Origin: Chromatiales bacterium
Lineage (GTDB): Bacteria; Pseudomonadota; Gammaproteobacteria; JAJPIJ01
Assembly: GCA_052388435.1 (NCBI GenBank)
Contig: JBQTIC010000019.1
Span: forward strand, 13,769-77,768
Direction: 5' to 3'
Length of the DNA stretch: 64,000 nucleotides
Part shown: piece after piece, positions 31,896 to 41,183 of the stretch
How the letters are laid out: every line of letters begins with the position of its first letter
Position numbering within the stretch: position 1 is the stretch's first letter
The notes under the pieces: generated by a model
The model's database searches: none
What the model was told of the DNA's origin: nothing
What the model saw: the letters and a program-made list of their open reading frames with translations, nothing else
Program-made: the position numbers and the translations under genes

Positions 31896-32129
31896 TCAGA
31901 GCTGAATGGGAGTGCGGCGAGCGGGCCCCCGGTCTTGTCCACTTTCCTCGTTGACATCCGTGTCGCGTTGCCATGCCGACTGGTCACCGGTAGTCCCCGG
32001 AGGCGCCGCTTCTAGCGCGGGGCGTTTCCCGGGTTGGCTGCCGCTTTCCGGCTCGCATTCCGCGCCAGTCCCGTTATCGCCCGTTGACACGGCTGCCCAC
32101 TGGCCCCAACGCATATAGCCTGTCGACAT
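31896..32129 (-). CDS. possible small acidic disordered protein (77 aa) between the STAS and GGDEF genes; low confidence
   Basis: GAGGGAGGA Shine-Dalgarno 7 nt upstream of an ATG that lies 20 nt after the STAS stop; low-complexity G/P/E/D-rich translation and moderate GC3 argue against it. Confidence 0.2.
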   Translation of the reverse strand: MSTGYMRWGQWAAVSTGDNGTGAECEPESGSQPGKRPALEAAPPGTTGDQSAWQRDTDVNEESGQDRGPARRTPIQL

Positions 32130-32148
32130 GGCTCGTTCCTCCCTCTGA

Positions 32149-32520
32149 TTAGTTGATTGCGTACACCCTCGACTCGTGCTGCGAACGTGCCGGCGCACGC
32201 GCCTGCTTGCGCAATACCGGTTCGCCATCAACGAGATCGATACCGTGGTCCTCGCAGCACTTCACGAGCCGCGGATGCAGATTGATCACGCAGATTCCGA
32301 CATCAGTCTGCTGCGCCCAGTTCACGAACAGGCGCAGCCATCGTAGCCCGGAATCACGCAGTTCGTTCACCCCGACCATATCCAATACGTACCAATCGCA
32401 ACGCCAGTCATCGGGCCGCAACGACTCCCATAAAGAGAAGCCTGCGGACAGATCGAATGGCCCCTTGGGACTGACGAAGATGGTACGGCCACGACTTGAT
32501 ACTTTTGGTCCATGACTCAT
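32149..32520 (-). CDS. STAS-domain protein (anti-sigma-factor antagonist-like)
   Basis: About 123 aa from MSHGPK; the DMVGVNELRDSGLRWLRLF block matches the SpoIIAA/STAS phospho-serine region. The ORF is open upstream to 32676. Confidence 0.6.
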   Translation of the reverse strand: MSHGPKVSSRGRTIFVSPKGPFDLSAGFSLWESLRPDDWRCDWYVLDMVGVNELRDSGLRWLRLFVNWAQQTDVGICVINLHPRLVKCCEDHGIDLVDGEPVLRKQARAPARSQHESRVYAIN

Positions 32521-33020
32521 AGCGCCTTTCCCCCTACTCGTCTTTCGTTTGCCATATGTTCCAAAGCCATCTGTCCTTTCGCGCCGGTGCGAATCGATCG
32601 GCGCGACGACAAGAAGAAAGATGTCAAGCTGAGACCCTCGCATTCCGACCAATTCGTGTGCCAGCGCGGCGATCATCGACGGGGCGGTGCGAGATCGGTG
32701 ACGTAGCGTGTGAATCCACCCACTTTCTTCACCGGTCCCAGACCGTTACCGCTGAAAACCGGTTCCAGATCAGACCCGCCCAACCACCCCCTAAAGCACG
32801 GCACTGCTGTCAGCGTTGAAAACGCTGTAAACCTTGCAAGGCTTTGCAACTACTTGTCTGCATCCGGACGCCCTGAGCTGTCAAACCCTATGCTGCGTTT
32901 GTGTCTGTACGATGTCGCTTGAATGATGGCTCGCGCCCCGGGGATTCGCGGGCATTCCCTCTAAAGCAGAAAATAGGAAAAGAATCCAGGGCCGCGTAGC
33001 GGCGGAGGACTGAATTTTTT

Positions 33021-33295
33021 GTAGGAGCAGAGATAACCGATCTGTCGGTGCGAGTCCTACAACGTCAGTGCTCGGTTCGGTTAAAGAGAGGCCACGAGCA
33101 GCTTGCTCTTCGTGAATGGACGGCGAATCATAAAAACCGGAGCTTTAGGGAACCTCTGATTAAGTCAGAGGTTCCTGCGGCACAGGGATGTGCCGCCATC
33201 TTCGAAGGCGGCAAGCCGTTGAAGATGAAGCAAAGCAAAAACCACGCTTTTTGCTTTGCGTGCTCTGAGAAGTCCCGGATGGACTTATTCAGAGC
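33021..33295. ncRNA. candidate structured non-coding RNA: seven consecutive stem-loops, two with GGA in the loop; strand undetermined
   Basis: Hairpins at 33021-33060 (6 bp), about 33094-33115, 33149-33175 (perfect 11 bp), 33177-33196 (8 bp, loop GGGA), 33197-33227 (7 bp outer plus 4 bp inner), 33230-33259 (perfect 12 bp) and 33262-33295 (14 bp with bulge, loop CGGAT). They sit inside a roughly 900-bp stretch with no credible ORF. Confidence 0.4.
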
Positions 33296-33416
33296 TTCCT
33301 TAGCAGCCGCGATGATGACCTTCCCTGAACCCGCAGTTGAATTTTAAGCGACGGTCAGGCACAAATATTGTATTGCGCTGCTGGGCTTAACCCGTTGCGG
33401 CTGCAGGAGGTGCGGT

Positions 33417-34055
33417 ATGAAAGCGCACGCAGGAAAGGCCAGCCCGGTCATCACCGGGATGGATGTCCGTGAATACTTCCATTACGAGGTGCATCAGGCG
33501 ATCGACAAGCAGCATGTCGCAGCCAGTGCCGAGGCGACCTGCTACGTCGTTAACCTGCTTACCACGTTCCTGCACACGGATCGCCTCTATGAGCACACAC
33601 CCGACGGGAGGCGAATCAAAGCGCTCGCCCTGATGTACGGCGAGGCCCTGGAGGCGCCGACTGCCGAAGCTCGCCACAATCTGCTGCGACGACTCGCGGA
33701 CGTAGCCCTGTTCATCAGCGGTGTATTCTCCGACAGCCTCAATCGCAACGTGGTCGATGTGGACTACTATGTCGCGATGGGGGGCAGCGCCTACGCGTAC
33801 CTGTCCGATAATGTGCCGCGCTGGATGAGTGGCAGGGCTCTGCACGGTATCTTCAGCGAGTTGTCCGACAAGTTCCAACAGTTCGTTGACGTGCTGAATG
33901 AAGTCAGCGAGCGTGCACATCTCAACTCCGACTCAGACGTGCTGCGCCTGTACGAGGTCTGGCTGAAAACGGGCAGCCCTCGCGCACGACAACGGCTCAT
34001 GGACCGCGGGCTGCAACCCGTATGGCTCCCGGCCAAGGGCCACCATCACAATTGA
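33417..34055 (+). CDS. hypothetical protein, 212 aa
   Basis: AGGAGG Shine-Dalgarno 6 nt upstream of the ATG; helical, no recognised domain; ends at TGA 34053-34055, after which the same frame stays open. Confidence 0.5.
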   Translation: MKAHAGKASPVITGMDVREYFHYEVHQAIDKQHVAASAEATCYVVNLLTTFLHTDRLYEHTPDGRRIKALALMYGEALEAPTAEARHNLLRRLADVALFISGVFSDSLNRNVVDVDYYVAMGGSAYAYLSDNVPRWMSGRALHGIFSELSDKFQQFVDVLNEVSERAHLNSDSDVLRLYEVWLKTGSPRARQRLMDRGLQPVWLPAKGHHHN

Positions 34056-34124
34056 GCGTCGTCCCGGACGGGCACAAGGAGCTGCTCTGCAGCCTGCAAT
34101 GCCGGCTGGAGCGGCTCTACGGCC

Positions 34125-34373
34125 TTGACAATTGGCTATGCGGTTGCCGATTTTCTTACCAGCGATCACGCGCTCGTCGCACGTCTCATGGGCGCGCACG
34201 TGAAAGCCGGCGAGGAACATGTACTCGTTCGGCAGGACGATGACACACTGGATCTCGCTGTTTATCTCGACGCCGGCCTGCTACAACGGCTGCTGGGCAA
34301 CGAGTTGTACTACTTCTACCGACTTCCCCGGCCCGAAAAGCTGCGCCACATCGACCGGGCCGCCGCTCTGTAG
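34125..34373 (+). CDS. possible small protein from a TTG start, or a downstream fragment of the preceding gene; low confidence
   Basis: Protein-like translation in the same frame as 33417-34055 but separated by a TGA; a neighbouring frame (34070-34125) also reads protein-like. Confidence 0.25.
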   Translation: MTIGYAVADFLTSDHALVARLMGAHVKAGEEHVLVRQDDDTLDLAVYLDAGLLQRLLGNELYYFYRLPRPEKLRHIDRAAAL

Positions 34374-34608
34374 CGGTGTCTGAGCCGGGCGGGCGCGGCA
34401 ACCTCGTAGGCAGCGCGACGTACGCGCTGCTCGCGGTCAGGGGTCGCTTCGATCTCCGCTGGCCTCGTGACGTTACTCCTCACCGTGCCTGTCCTTGCTT
34501 GCCGCTGCATCCCCCGTCGTCGGAAACCGAAAAAGGCCGGCCGTGATTACCGCAGACCGGCCTTCCCAGCTTCGATAGGGCACCTGTGTTTTTGCGCGGG
34601 GCTCTTGC

Positions 34609-36144
34609 TTATCTGTCCACGCCGACGGTCGCACGGTGCTTGACGGCGAAATCCTCTTCGGGTGAATACACCAGTGTCTTGCGACCGTATACGGCGAAGT
34701 ACATGATCCCGCACGAGTACCAGATAGCGGTACCGATCACGGCCTGCCGGTAAACCGGATCCTGCAACTGCATGTAAAGGGTCACCGCAGCGATGATGAG
34801 AGTAACCAGCGCGCCAATCCTGCCGAGCGGGCTCACATACGGCCGTTCGATGTTGGGGAAATTGTTCTTGAGCAGGATGTAGGCCAGTGCCTGCATGAAG
34901 TAGGAAATCATGGCACCGAAGACCGCCATGTTGAGCAGGGTGCCGCCGATGATCGCCCCGCTCTCAGCTCCCTTCCAGTAATAGATCACCAGCATCAGCA
35001 CGAACCCCATCACCGCGCCGGTAATGAGCGCCACGTGCGGAACCTTGTGGCGGCCATGGGTGATGGAGAGCCAGTGCGGGAAATACCCGGCGCGCGACAG
35101 CGAGTAGATCTGACGCCCGAAGGCAAAGATGATGGTGTGAAAGCTTGCAATCAACCCGACGACCGCGATCAACGACAACAGATTCGCTGCCTCGCGACCG
35201 TAGATGGCACGGAAACCGTCCAGGATCGGCTCACCGGACCCACCGAGGTAGAAAGCGCCGGTCTTACTCCCGTCCTCGGCTTGAACGCCAATGCCGGTGT
35301 TGAGAAACAGCACCAGGAACGCGCAGACGAGCAGTGTCGCAATTCCGTAAAGCAGGCCCTTGGGCATGTCGCGTTTGGGATCGTGCGTTTCCTCCGCCGC
35401 CAGCGGCAATTCCTCAATGGCCAGGAAAAACCACACAGCAAAGGGTAAAGCGGCCAGCACTCCGTACCAACCGAACGGCATGAACGGACCGTTGCCTTCG
35501 GGCAGTTCGACCGCTGCACCGTCCGCACCCACGCCGATGTTGAGCGCCCAGCGCGAAAAGTCAAAGTGCGGGATTGCGCTCACCCAGAAGATCGCGAGGA
35601 CTGCCAGTGCCAGCACCGTGACCAGCACCGAGACACGGAACGACAACTCCACGCCAAGCACATTGAGGCCGACGAAGACCAGGTAGCCGAGAGCCCACCA
35701 CACCGGCGCAAAACCGGGCGACGTCTCGAATATGCTGCCGAGGTAGGAGCCAGCAAAGAATATGATGACTGCGGGGGTGACGACGTACTCGATGTTTTCC
35801 GCGAGGCCGGTGACAAATCCACCCCACGGACCCATGGCCGTGCGCGCAAAGGAGTAGGCGCCACCGGTGTGGGGAAGCGCGGGGGACATCTCCGCTATGC
35901 TGTAGCAAAGACCCACGTACATGATGCCGATGAGGACGGTGGCCCAGAACAGGCCGCCGAACCCCCCTGGCGCAAGGCCGAGATTCCAACCAGAGAACTC
36001 GCCCGAGATGACCGCGCCGACGCCGAGCGCCCAGAGCGACCACACGCGGGCGTGTTTCCTCAGCTCGCGTTTCGAGAAATATTCCCGTCCCGCCTCGTGA
36101 TATTCAACAGTTCCAACTTTTTTTTTCGGCACTGTTGCCATGGT
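34609..36144 (-). CDS. APC-superfamily amino-acid permease, ethanolamine permease (Eat)-like; start placed at MATVPKKK
   Basis: 12 predicted TM segments; N-terminal WSLWALGVGAVISGEFSGWNLG block typical of ethanolamine permeases. Confidence 0.8.
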   Translation of the reverse strand, partial: TMATVPKKKVGTVEYHEAGREYFSKRELRKHARVWSLWALGVGAVISGEFSGWNLGLAPGGFGGLFWATVLIGIMYVGLCYSIAEMSPALPHTGGAYSFARTAMGPWGGFVTGLAENIEYVVTPAVIIFFAGSYLGSIFETSPGFAPVWWALGYLVFVGLNVLGVELSFRVSVLVTVLALAVLAIFWVSAIPHFDFSRWALNIGVGADGAAVELPEGNGPFMPFGWYGVLAALPFAVWFFLAIEELPLAAEETHDPKRDMPKGLLYGIATLLVCAFLVLFLNTGIGVQAEDGSKTGAFYLGGSGEPILDGFRAIYGREAANLLSLIAVVGLIASFHTIIFAFGRQIYSLSRAGYFPHWLSITHGRHKVPHVALITGAVMGFVLMLVIYYWKGAESGAIIGGTLLNMAVFGAMISYFMQALAYILLKNNFPNIERPYVSPLGRIGALVTLIIAAVTLYMQLQDPVYRQAVIGTAIWYSCGIMYFAVYGRKTLVYSPEEDFAVKHRATVGVDR

Positions 36145-36502
36145 ATCCCCCCTTTTTGAAACTGCTGGTTCTGACCGCCATCCGTGGGACCACGGGCGCG
36201 AAAGCCCCCTCCAGGCAAACATCGATGGCAGCAGCAGGACTTACCGACGACGGCAGCACTTCCGTGCCCGGTTCGCGTGCTATCGACTTTCAGTATCGAC
36301 GATATCCTGCACCGGAGCAACTTCGCTGCACAGTGGGCCCGGCCCTTTTGCCGCGCGCCGGAAGCATATGCGGTTCGTTCAAGCAACGCGTTGACCGCCC
36401 GACCGTTACAATCCGTTCATGCACGAGGAGGCCCAGACCCTTCGGTAGGCTTCACGCGTTCTTCTGGCACTGCTGCTCGTATGCCTGTCGTTACTGGCAG
36501 GA

Positions 36503-36691
36503 ATGTGGGGATACCATCATTTCGAGCGACTGAGCTGGCTCGATGCATTTGTCAGTTCAGCGATGATCCTCTCGGGAATGGGGGCGCTTGCCCCACCAGC
36601 GACAGCGGGCGGCAAGATCTTCGCGGGCCTCTATGCGCTCTACAGCGACTTTGCAGTGATTCTCCTCGCCGGAATCGTGCTCGCCCGATGA
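36503..36691 (+). CDS. possible small membrane protein, 62 aa; low confidence
   Basis: Two hydrophobic segments; a convergent terminator hairpin follows at 36741-36769. Confidence 0.25.
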   Translation: MWGYHHFERLSWLDAFVSSAMILSGMGALAPPATAGGKIFAGLYALYSDFAVILLAGIVLAR

Positions 36692-36740
36692 TACATCGCG
36701 CGTTGCACCATTTTCACCTCGACGCGGACGACGAATGAAA

Positions 36741-36769
36741 ACGCCGCTGGCTGGCCAAGCCGGCGGCGT
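36741..36769. terminator. bidirectional terminator hairpin between convergent genes
   Basis: ACGCCGC / GCGGCGT 7-bp stem with a structured loop; on the minus strand it is followed by TTTCATTCG, downstream of the glycine-zipper gene. Confidence 0.45.
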
Positions 36770-36807
36770 CTCGGTGCGGAGAAGCTGGCGCGGGTCCGAC
36801 GTCGTGC

Positions 36808-37251
36808 CTACCACATCACCGGCTGGTATCCTGCGCCCTCCCGCATGGCGGGGCGATCGGTTCGTTCGAACTTGCCTATGCCACAGGCGGGATCGCTCTC
36901 GTCCATTGAGCGGCCGATGCGGCTGCCGATGAGGTAACCGAAGAATGCACCGGCGGCTGTGGTCGCAACCCTGCCTTTATCCTCGCCCACGCGCGAGCCT
37001 ATCAGGCCGCCAAGCGCGCCTCCAATCGCGCCGACAACCTGTTCATGGTTACAGTGGCCGGTCCAGGGATGATAGGGAGGCGTCTGCCGGTAGTAGTGCC
37101 TGTCAATCTGCCGCTCGCCCCTCAGCCACTCGTCGTAATCGCGCGACCAGGGCAGCGGCGGCTCCGCTTCGGTAACGGTCCCCCAACACGACAACATGAC
37201 CGCAACACTGAGCAGAGCGGCCGCGCGCAAAGCGGTCTTGCTTGATTGCAT
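36808..37251 (-). CDS. glycine-zipper 2TM-domain protein (17-kDa-antigen-like), secreted; start placed at MQSSKT
   Basis: Signal peptide, GxxxGxxxG glycine zipper (GAIGGALGGLIGS...GAFFGYLIGS), GGAGGAG Shine-Dalgarno 5 nt upstream. Confidence 0.6.
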   Translation of the reverse strand: MQSSKTALRAAALLSVAVMLSCWGTVTEAEPPLPWSRDYDEWLRGERQIDRHYYRQTPPYHPWTGHCNHEQVVGAIGGALGGLIGSRVGEDKGRVATTAAGAFFGYLIGSRIGRSMDESDPACGIGKFERTDRPAMREGAGYQPVMW

Positions 37252-37355
37252 GGCTGCTCCTCCCCCAATCCGACGCGCGACACATAGACACCTTGTCATC
37301 ATCCAATTTCCCAAAGGCTACTTTAACCGTCCCTGAACAGGATGCAGGCAAGCCG

Positions 37356-38717
37356 TCAGAACGAGACGCGGGCACGTACGCTGGCACCGCCGAGATCGCT
37401 CCTCGCGACAGTGAGGTCGCCACGATAGACCTCCTCGACCAGCTCCTTAACGATGGCAAGCCCTATTCCATGCCCTTCTACGGCTGCATCGCCGCGGAAC
37501 CCGCGGCGGAAGATGGCATCCCATTGCTCTGCGGGGATACCAGGGCCGTCGTCGTCAACTGCCAGTTCGATGCCGCCGCGCGAAGGCTTTGCGCCGTCGA
37601 CCTTCTTGGCCCGCACCCGCACGCGCCGATTGGCCCATTTGCAGGCATTGTCGGCCAGATTGCCAAGGATCTCCATGAGATCACCTTCGTCGCCGTAGAA
37701 GTCCAGACCCTTGCTCACGTTTCTGTCGAGGGTCAGCTTCCGGTCAGCGTAGACCTTGGTCAGAGACTGCAGCACCTTCGCGACGATCGGCTCCACGGCG
37801 ATGGGCGTGGCCAGCGCACTGCGGCCGGAAGCTGCCGCGCGCTGCAGTTGATAGGCAACGGTGTGATCGAGCCGGTTCACCTGCTCGCGCACGGTTTCGC
37901 GCAACTCTTCGAGCTTCGCTCCGCTTTCCGCGGCGCCTCGCATCACCGCAAGCGGGGTCTTGAAACTGTGGGCCAGGTCTCCGAGCGCACGGCGATAGCG
38001 CTCCAGATGCGCCTCACTGTTGCGGATGAGCGCATTGAGATTCGTGACCAGCCGCTGCAGTTCGGCTGGATAGCCGCCGACCAATGCCCCCTTGCGACCG
38101 GACTCCACCTCCTTCACCTCTTCGGCGACCATGCGCAATGGTCGCAGACCCCAGCGCAGGATGAGCGCCTGCACCGCGAGCAGCACAATGCCAGCCGCCG
38201 CAAACCAGCCCCATAGACTGCGGCGAAAGCTGCTCACTTGCTGCAGATAGCCCTGTTTGCTTTCCGCTACCTGCACGATGTAGGCCTGTTCATCGCCGCG
38301 CCTGTCCTCCCAGGCGACGCTGAATGCCAGGGTAAACAGCGGCGTGCCGTCCGAGGCCGTGGCCGTGCCGAAAGATGGCACGCCCATACGGCCAGGGCGG
38401 CTCACCGGCATCGACAGCCCCAGCATGGACAGCGACCGCCACAGCAGGGTCCCGTCCTCGCGTACCAACTGCGCGTAAAGTCCCGAACCGGGCGTCGACA
38501 ACCTGGGGTCCGGCAGCGTGGTCGGCATCGTGCGCTGGTCCGAGGCCTCGAACTTCGCGGCAGACAGGAGCGTGTACACCTGTCCCTGCAGCCGGTCCTG
38601 CACCGCTGTCAACGCACTCTTCTGGAAGGCCTGATCCAGCGCGAAACCGGTCAGCCCGAGGAAGGCCGCCAGCGTAAGCGTGGCGGCCATGAGCAGGCGG
38701 GCGTTAAGCGATCGCAT
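37356..38717 (-). CDS. two-component sensor histidine kinase with periplasmic sensor domain
   Basis: Two TM segments flank a periplasmic domain; HAMP; H-box HSFKTPLAVMRG; HATPase_c N and G boxes (GIGLAIVKELV). Confidence 0.85.
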   Translation of the reverse strand: MRSLNARLLMAATLTLAAFLGLTGFALDQAFQKSALTAVQDRLQGQVYTLLSAAKFEASDQRTMPTTLPDPRLSTPGSGLYAQLVREDGTLLWRSLSMLGLSMPVSRPGRMGVPSFGTATASDGTPLFTLAFSVAWEDRRGDEQAYIVQVAESKQGYLQQVSSFRRSLWGWFAAAGIVLLAVQALILRWGLRPLRMVAEEVKEVESGRKGALVGGYPAELQRLVTNLNALIRNSEAHLERYRRALGDLAHSFKTPLAVMRGAAESGAKLEELRETVREQVNRLDHTVAYQLQRAAASGRSALATPIAVEPIVAKVLQSLTKVYADRKLTLDRNVSKGLDFYGDEGDLMEILGNLADNACKWANRRVRVRAKKVDGAKPSRGGIELAVDDDGPGIPAEQWDAIFRRGFRGDAAVEGHGIGLAIVKELVEEVYRGDLTVARSDLGGASVRARVSF

Positions 38718-38779
38718 AGCGCGCCCTTATACCGCAGTCAGTGGTTTCGCACACGCCCGTCCGCGTGCGCAGGGGACTC

Positions 38780-39466
38780 TTAAGGGGAGGGAGTGCGCTC
38801 CAGACGCAACAGGTAACCCCGGCCACGCAGGGTCTCGATGGGGTTGAGCGTCCGTTCCGGATCGATCTTCTTGCGCAGCCGTCCGATGATGACCTCCAGC
38901 ACGTTAGAGTCGCGATCCATGTCCTCCTCGTAGACATGTTCGGACAACGCGGACTTGGAGACGACCTCCCCGGCATGGAGCATGAGGTGCTCGAGCACCT
39001 TGTATTCGAAGGCGGTGAGTTCCACGTCCTGCCCGTTGACGGTGACCTTCTGGGCTGCGGTATCGAGCGCGATGGCCCCGCAGTGCAGCACCGATTCTGT
39101 CCATCCGGAGGCGCGGCGGACCAACGCGCGCAGGCGCGCCATCAGTTCCTCCATGTGAAAGGGCTTGACGAGATAGTCGTCGGCACCCGTCTCCAGACCC
39201 TGCACCTTGTCCTGCCAGGTGCCGCGGGCCGTCAGGATCAATACGGGGAACGAGCGCCCCTGCGCACGCCAGCCCTTAATGACCTCCATGCCCGGAATGT
39301 CGGGCAGTCCCAGATCGACGATGGCGACGTCAATCGGATATTCCTTGCCGAAATGCAGTCCATCCCGACCGCAGCCGGCCGTGTCCACCGCGTACTTATG
39401 GTCGCGCAGGTGGGTGGCAACCTGTTCCCGGAGGGCTACTTCATCTTCTACCAGTAGAACGCGCAT
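38780..39466 (-). CDS. OmpR/PhoB-family response regulator
   Basis: REC with D9/D10/D52/K101 equivalents; C-terminal winged-helix trans_reg_C domain (RLRKKID...LRGRGY). Confidence 0.9.
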   Translation of the reverse strand: MRVLLVEDEVALREQVATHLRDHKYAVDTAGCGRDGLHFGKEYPIDVAIVDLGLPDIPGMEVIKGWRAQGRSFPVLILTARGTWQDKVQGLETGADDYLVKPFHMEELMARLRALVRRASGWTESVLHCGAIALDTAAQKVTVNGQDVELTAFEYKVLEHLMLHAGEVVSKSALSEHVYEEDMDRDSNVLEVIIGRLRKKIDPERTLNPIETLRGRGYLLRLERTPSP

Positions 39467-39490
39467 GGTTCCACTCTCTCTGTGTCGGGG

Positions 39491-39766
39491 CTAACGCCGG
39501 CCGCGCGCGGCCACTGGCACGACTTTGATACGCCCGTCGGGCATGAGCACCCTGACCAGATAAACCGGCTGACCTCCGCTGTCGCCCCAGTCGACGCCCA
39601 GCACCCGGCCGCCGGTGCTCGCGCGGGCGACGGCCGCCGCCTGATCCGGGCTCGTTGCGGCCTGCGCAACCTGCACCGCTGCCGCTCCGGCATCAGGGGG
39701 ATGGCCGGCGCTCAGGCCGAGGGGAGCCTCGAGCAGGCCCGCTATCAAAAGAATGCGACTCACCAT
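39491..39766 (-). CDS. PepSY-domain periplasmic protein
   Basis: Signal peptide plus PepSY-like YLVRVLMPDGRIKVV block; immediately upstream of the response regulator and kinase. Confidence 0.55.
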   Translation of the reverse strand: MVSRILLIAGLLEAPLGLSAGHPPDAGAAAVQVAQAATSPDQAAAVARASTGGRVLGVDWGDSGGQPVYLVRVLMPDGRIKVVPVAARGRR

Positions 39767-39818
39767 GGCCGCGGCATGCTAGCAGGGGGCGCTGAACATG
39801 GACTGAACATTCCCCCGT

Positions 39819-40649
39819 TCACGTGGCCGGTGGGAGCAACGGCCTGTCATGCGTGAGGGAGGGTATCATCTGGCGCGCATCCTCGACGCGGTTCGCATCG
39901 ATCTCGGCGATAACAAAACCGGGGTCATCGCCGCCCTGGGCCAGCACTGTGCCCCAAGGATCGACGATGAGCGAGTGCCCGAACGTGGCGCGTCCCCAAC
40001 TGCGCCGGCCGCACTGGCCCGGGGCAAAAACGAAGCTTCCCGTCTCTATCGCCCGTGCCCGCACCAGGACATGCCAGTGCGCCTGCCCTGTCGTGCGGGT
40101 AAACGCCGCGGGAATCGTGAGATAGGATGCTCCTGACTGCGCCAGCAGGCGATAGAGATAGGCGAAGCGGACGTCGTAACAGATACTCATCCCCAGCTTG
40201 CCCCATGGCGTCTCTGCCACCACTGCCTGATTGCCCGGTTCCACCGCCTGCGACTCGCGGTAGCTCTCGCCCCCTTTCAGGCTGACATCGAAGAGGTGCG
40301 CCTTGTTGTAAAAGGCGACAATGTTGCCGGCGTTGTCGAGCAGGTAGGAGCGGTTGTTCACGCGGCCGGAGGGGACCCGGACCGCCAGCGAGCCGAGCAG
40401 GATCCAGACGTTCAACTCGCGCGCCAGCTGCCGGAATGCCGTCAGTGCCGCATGCTCTTCCTCCGCTGGCGCCACCCGCAGCAGTTCCTGGTCGTTCGGC
40501 GCCATGAACGCGAAGTACTCCGGCAGGCAGATGAGCTGCGCTCCGGTGTTCTCCGCCGCGCGCGTCAGTGCCACAGTTTGTTCGATGTTTCTCTCGAGGT
40601 TGTTCTCGGCACAATTCTGCACGCAGGCGACTTTGAATGGCTCGGCCAT
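39819..40649 (-). CDS. carbon-nitrogen hydrolase (nitrilase superfamily), paralog 1; start placed at MAEPFKV
   Basis: E-K-C triad context (CLPEY...AHLFD...MSICYD); AAGGGGA Shine-Dalgarno 5 nt upstream of ATG 40649. Confidence 0.8.
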   Translation of the reverse strand: MAEPFKVACVQNCAENNLERNIEQTVALTRAAENTGAQLICLPEYFAFMAPNDQELLRVAPAEEEHAALTAFRQLARELNVWILLGSLAVRVPSGRVNNRSYLLDNAGNIVAFYNKAHLFDVSLKGGESYRESQAVEPGNQAVVAETPWGKLGMSICYDVRFAYLYRLLAQSGASYLTIPAAFTRTTGQAHWHVLVRARAIETGSFVFAPGQCGRRSWGRATFGHSLIVDPWGTVLAQGGDDPGFVIAEIDANRVEDARQMIPSLTHDRPLLPPAT

Positions 40650-41183
40650 ATCGCTCCCCTTATACAGGACTTTCATCATATACGTTCGCGGCCCGTTTGC
40701 CTCAACGCGCCGGCAACCGACCTGCAATGCGGGCGGGCCTGTGCGCGCCGCAAGGTGGATAGAGACCAAGGCATGTCATGGGAAGCTGGCGACTTACCGG
40801 ACGAGCCAAGGCAGTTGAGCGCGCCATCTATCGACGTCCAGGAGATATTCCACTGCTCCGCTCTGGCGTGTGACGACGCGCAGCGGTGCACGGGCGCCGT
40901 CCTGCGGGCGTGGCGCCGGAACATCGACCTCACGACCCGCCGTCCGGCTCGATTGTCTCGACCGAGACCTGTGTGCCCGCCCCCTGCCGCCGCACAATGC
41001 CGCCAGCTCAAACTTCTGTCACCACAGAGTCCTTCCTTGGGGACGGGAACAGGAGGGCGATGATGACAAAACCGAACTACGAAGCGAGCGCCCCGCCAGC
41101 GGCGGCGCCCATCGGCAGCTTGTCGGCGAGCCAGTCGAGACGGCTCATGCCCGCGTGGTCTCGCGGCGCAGAGACCCGTCTGC

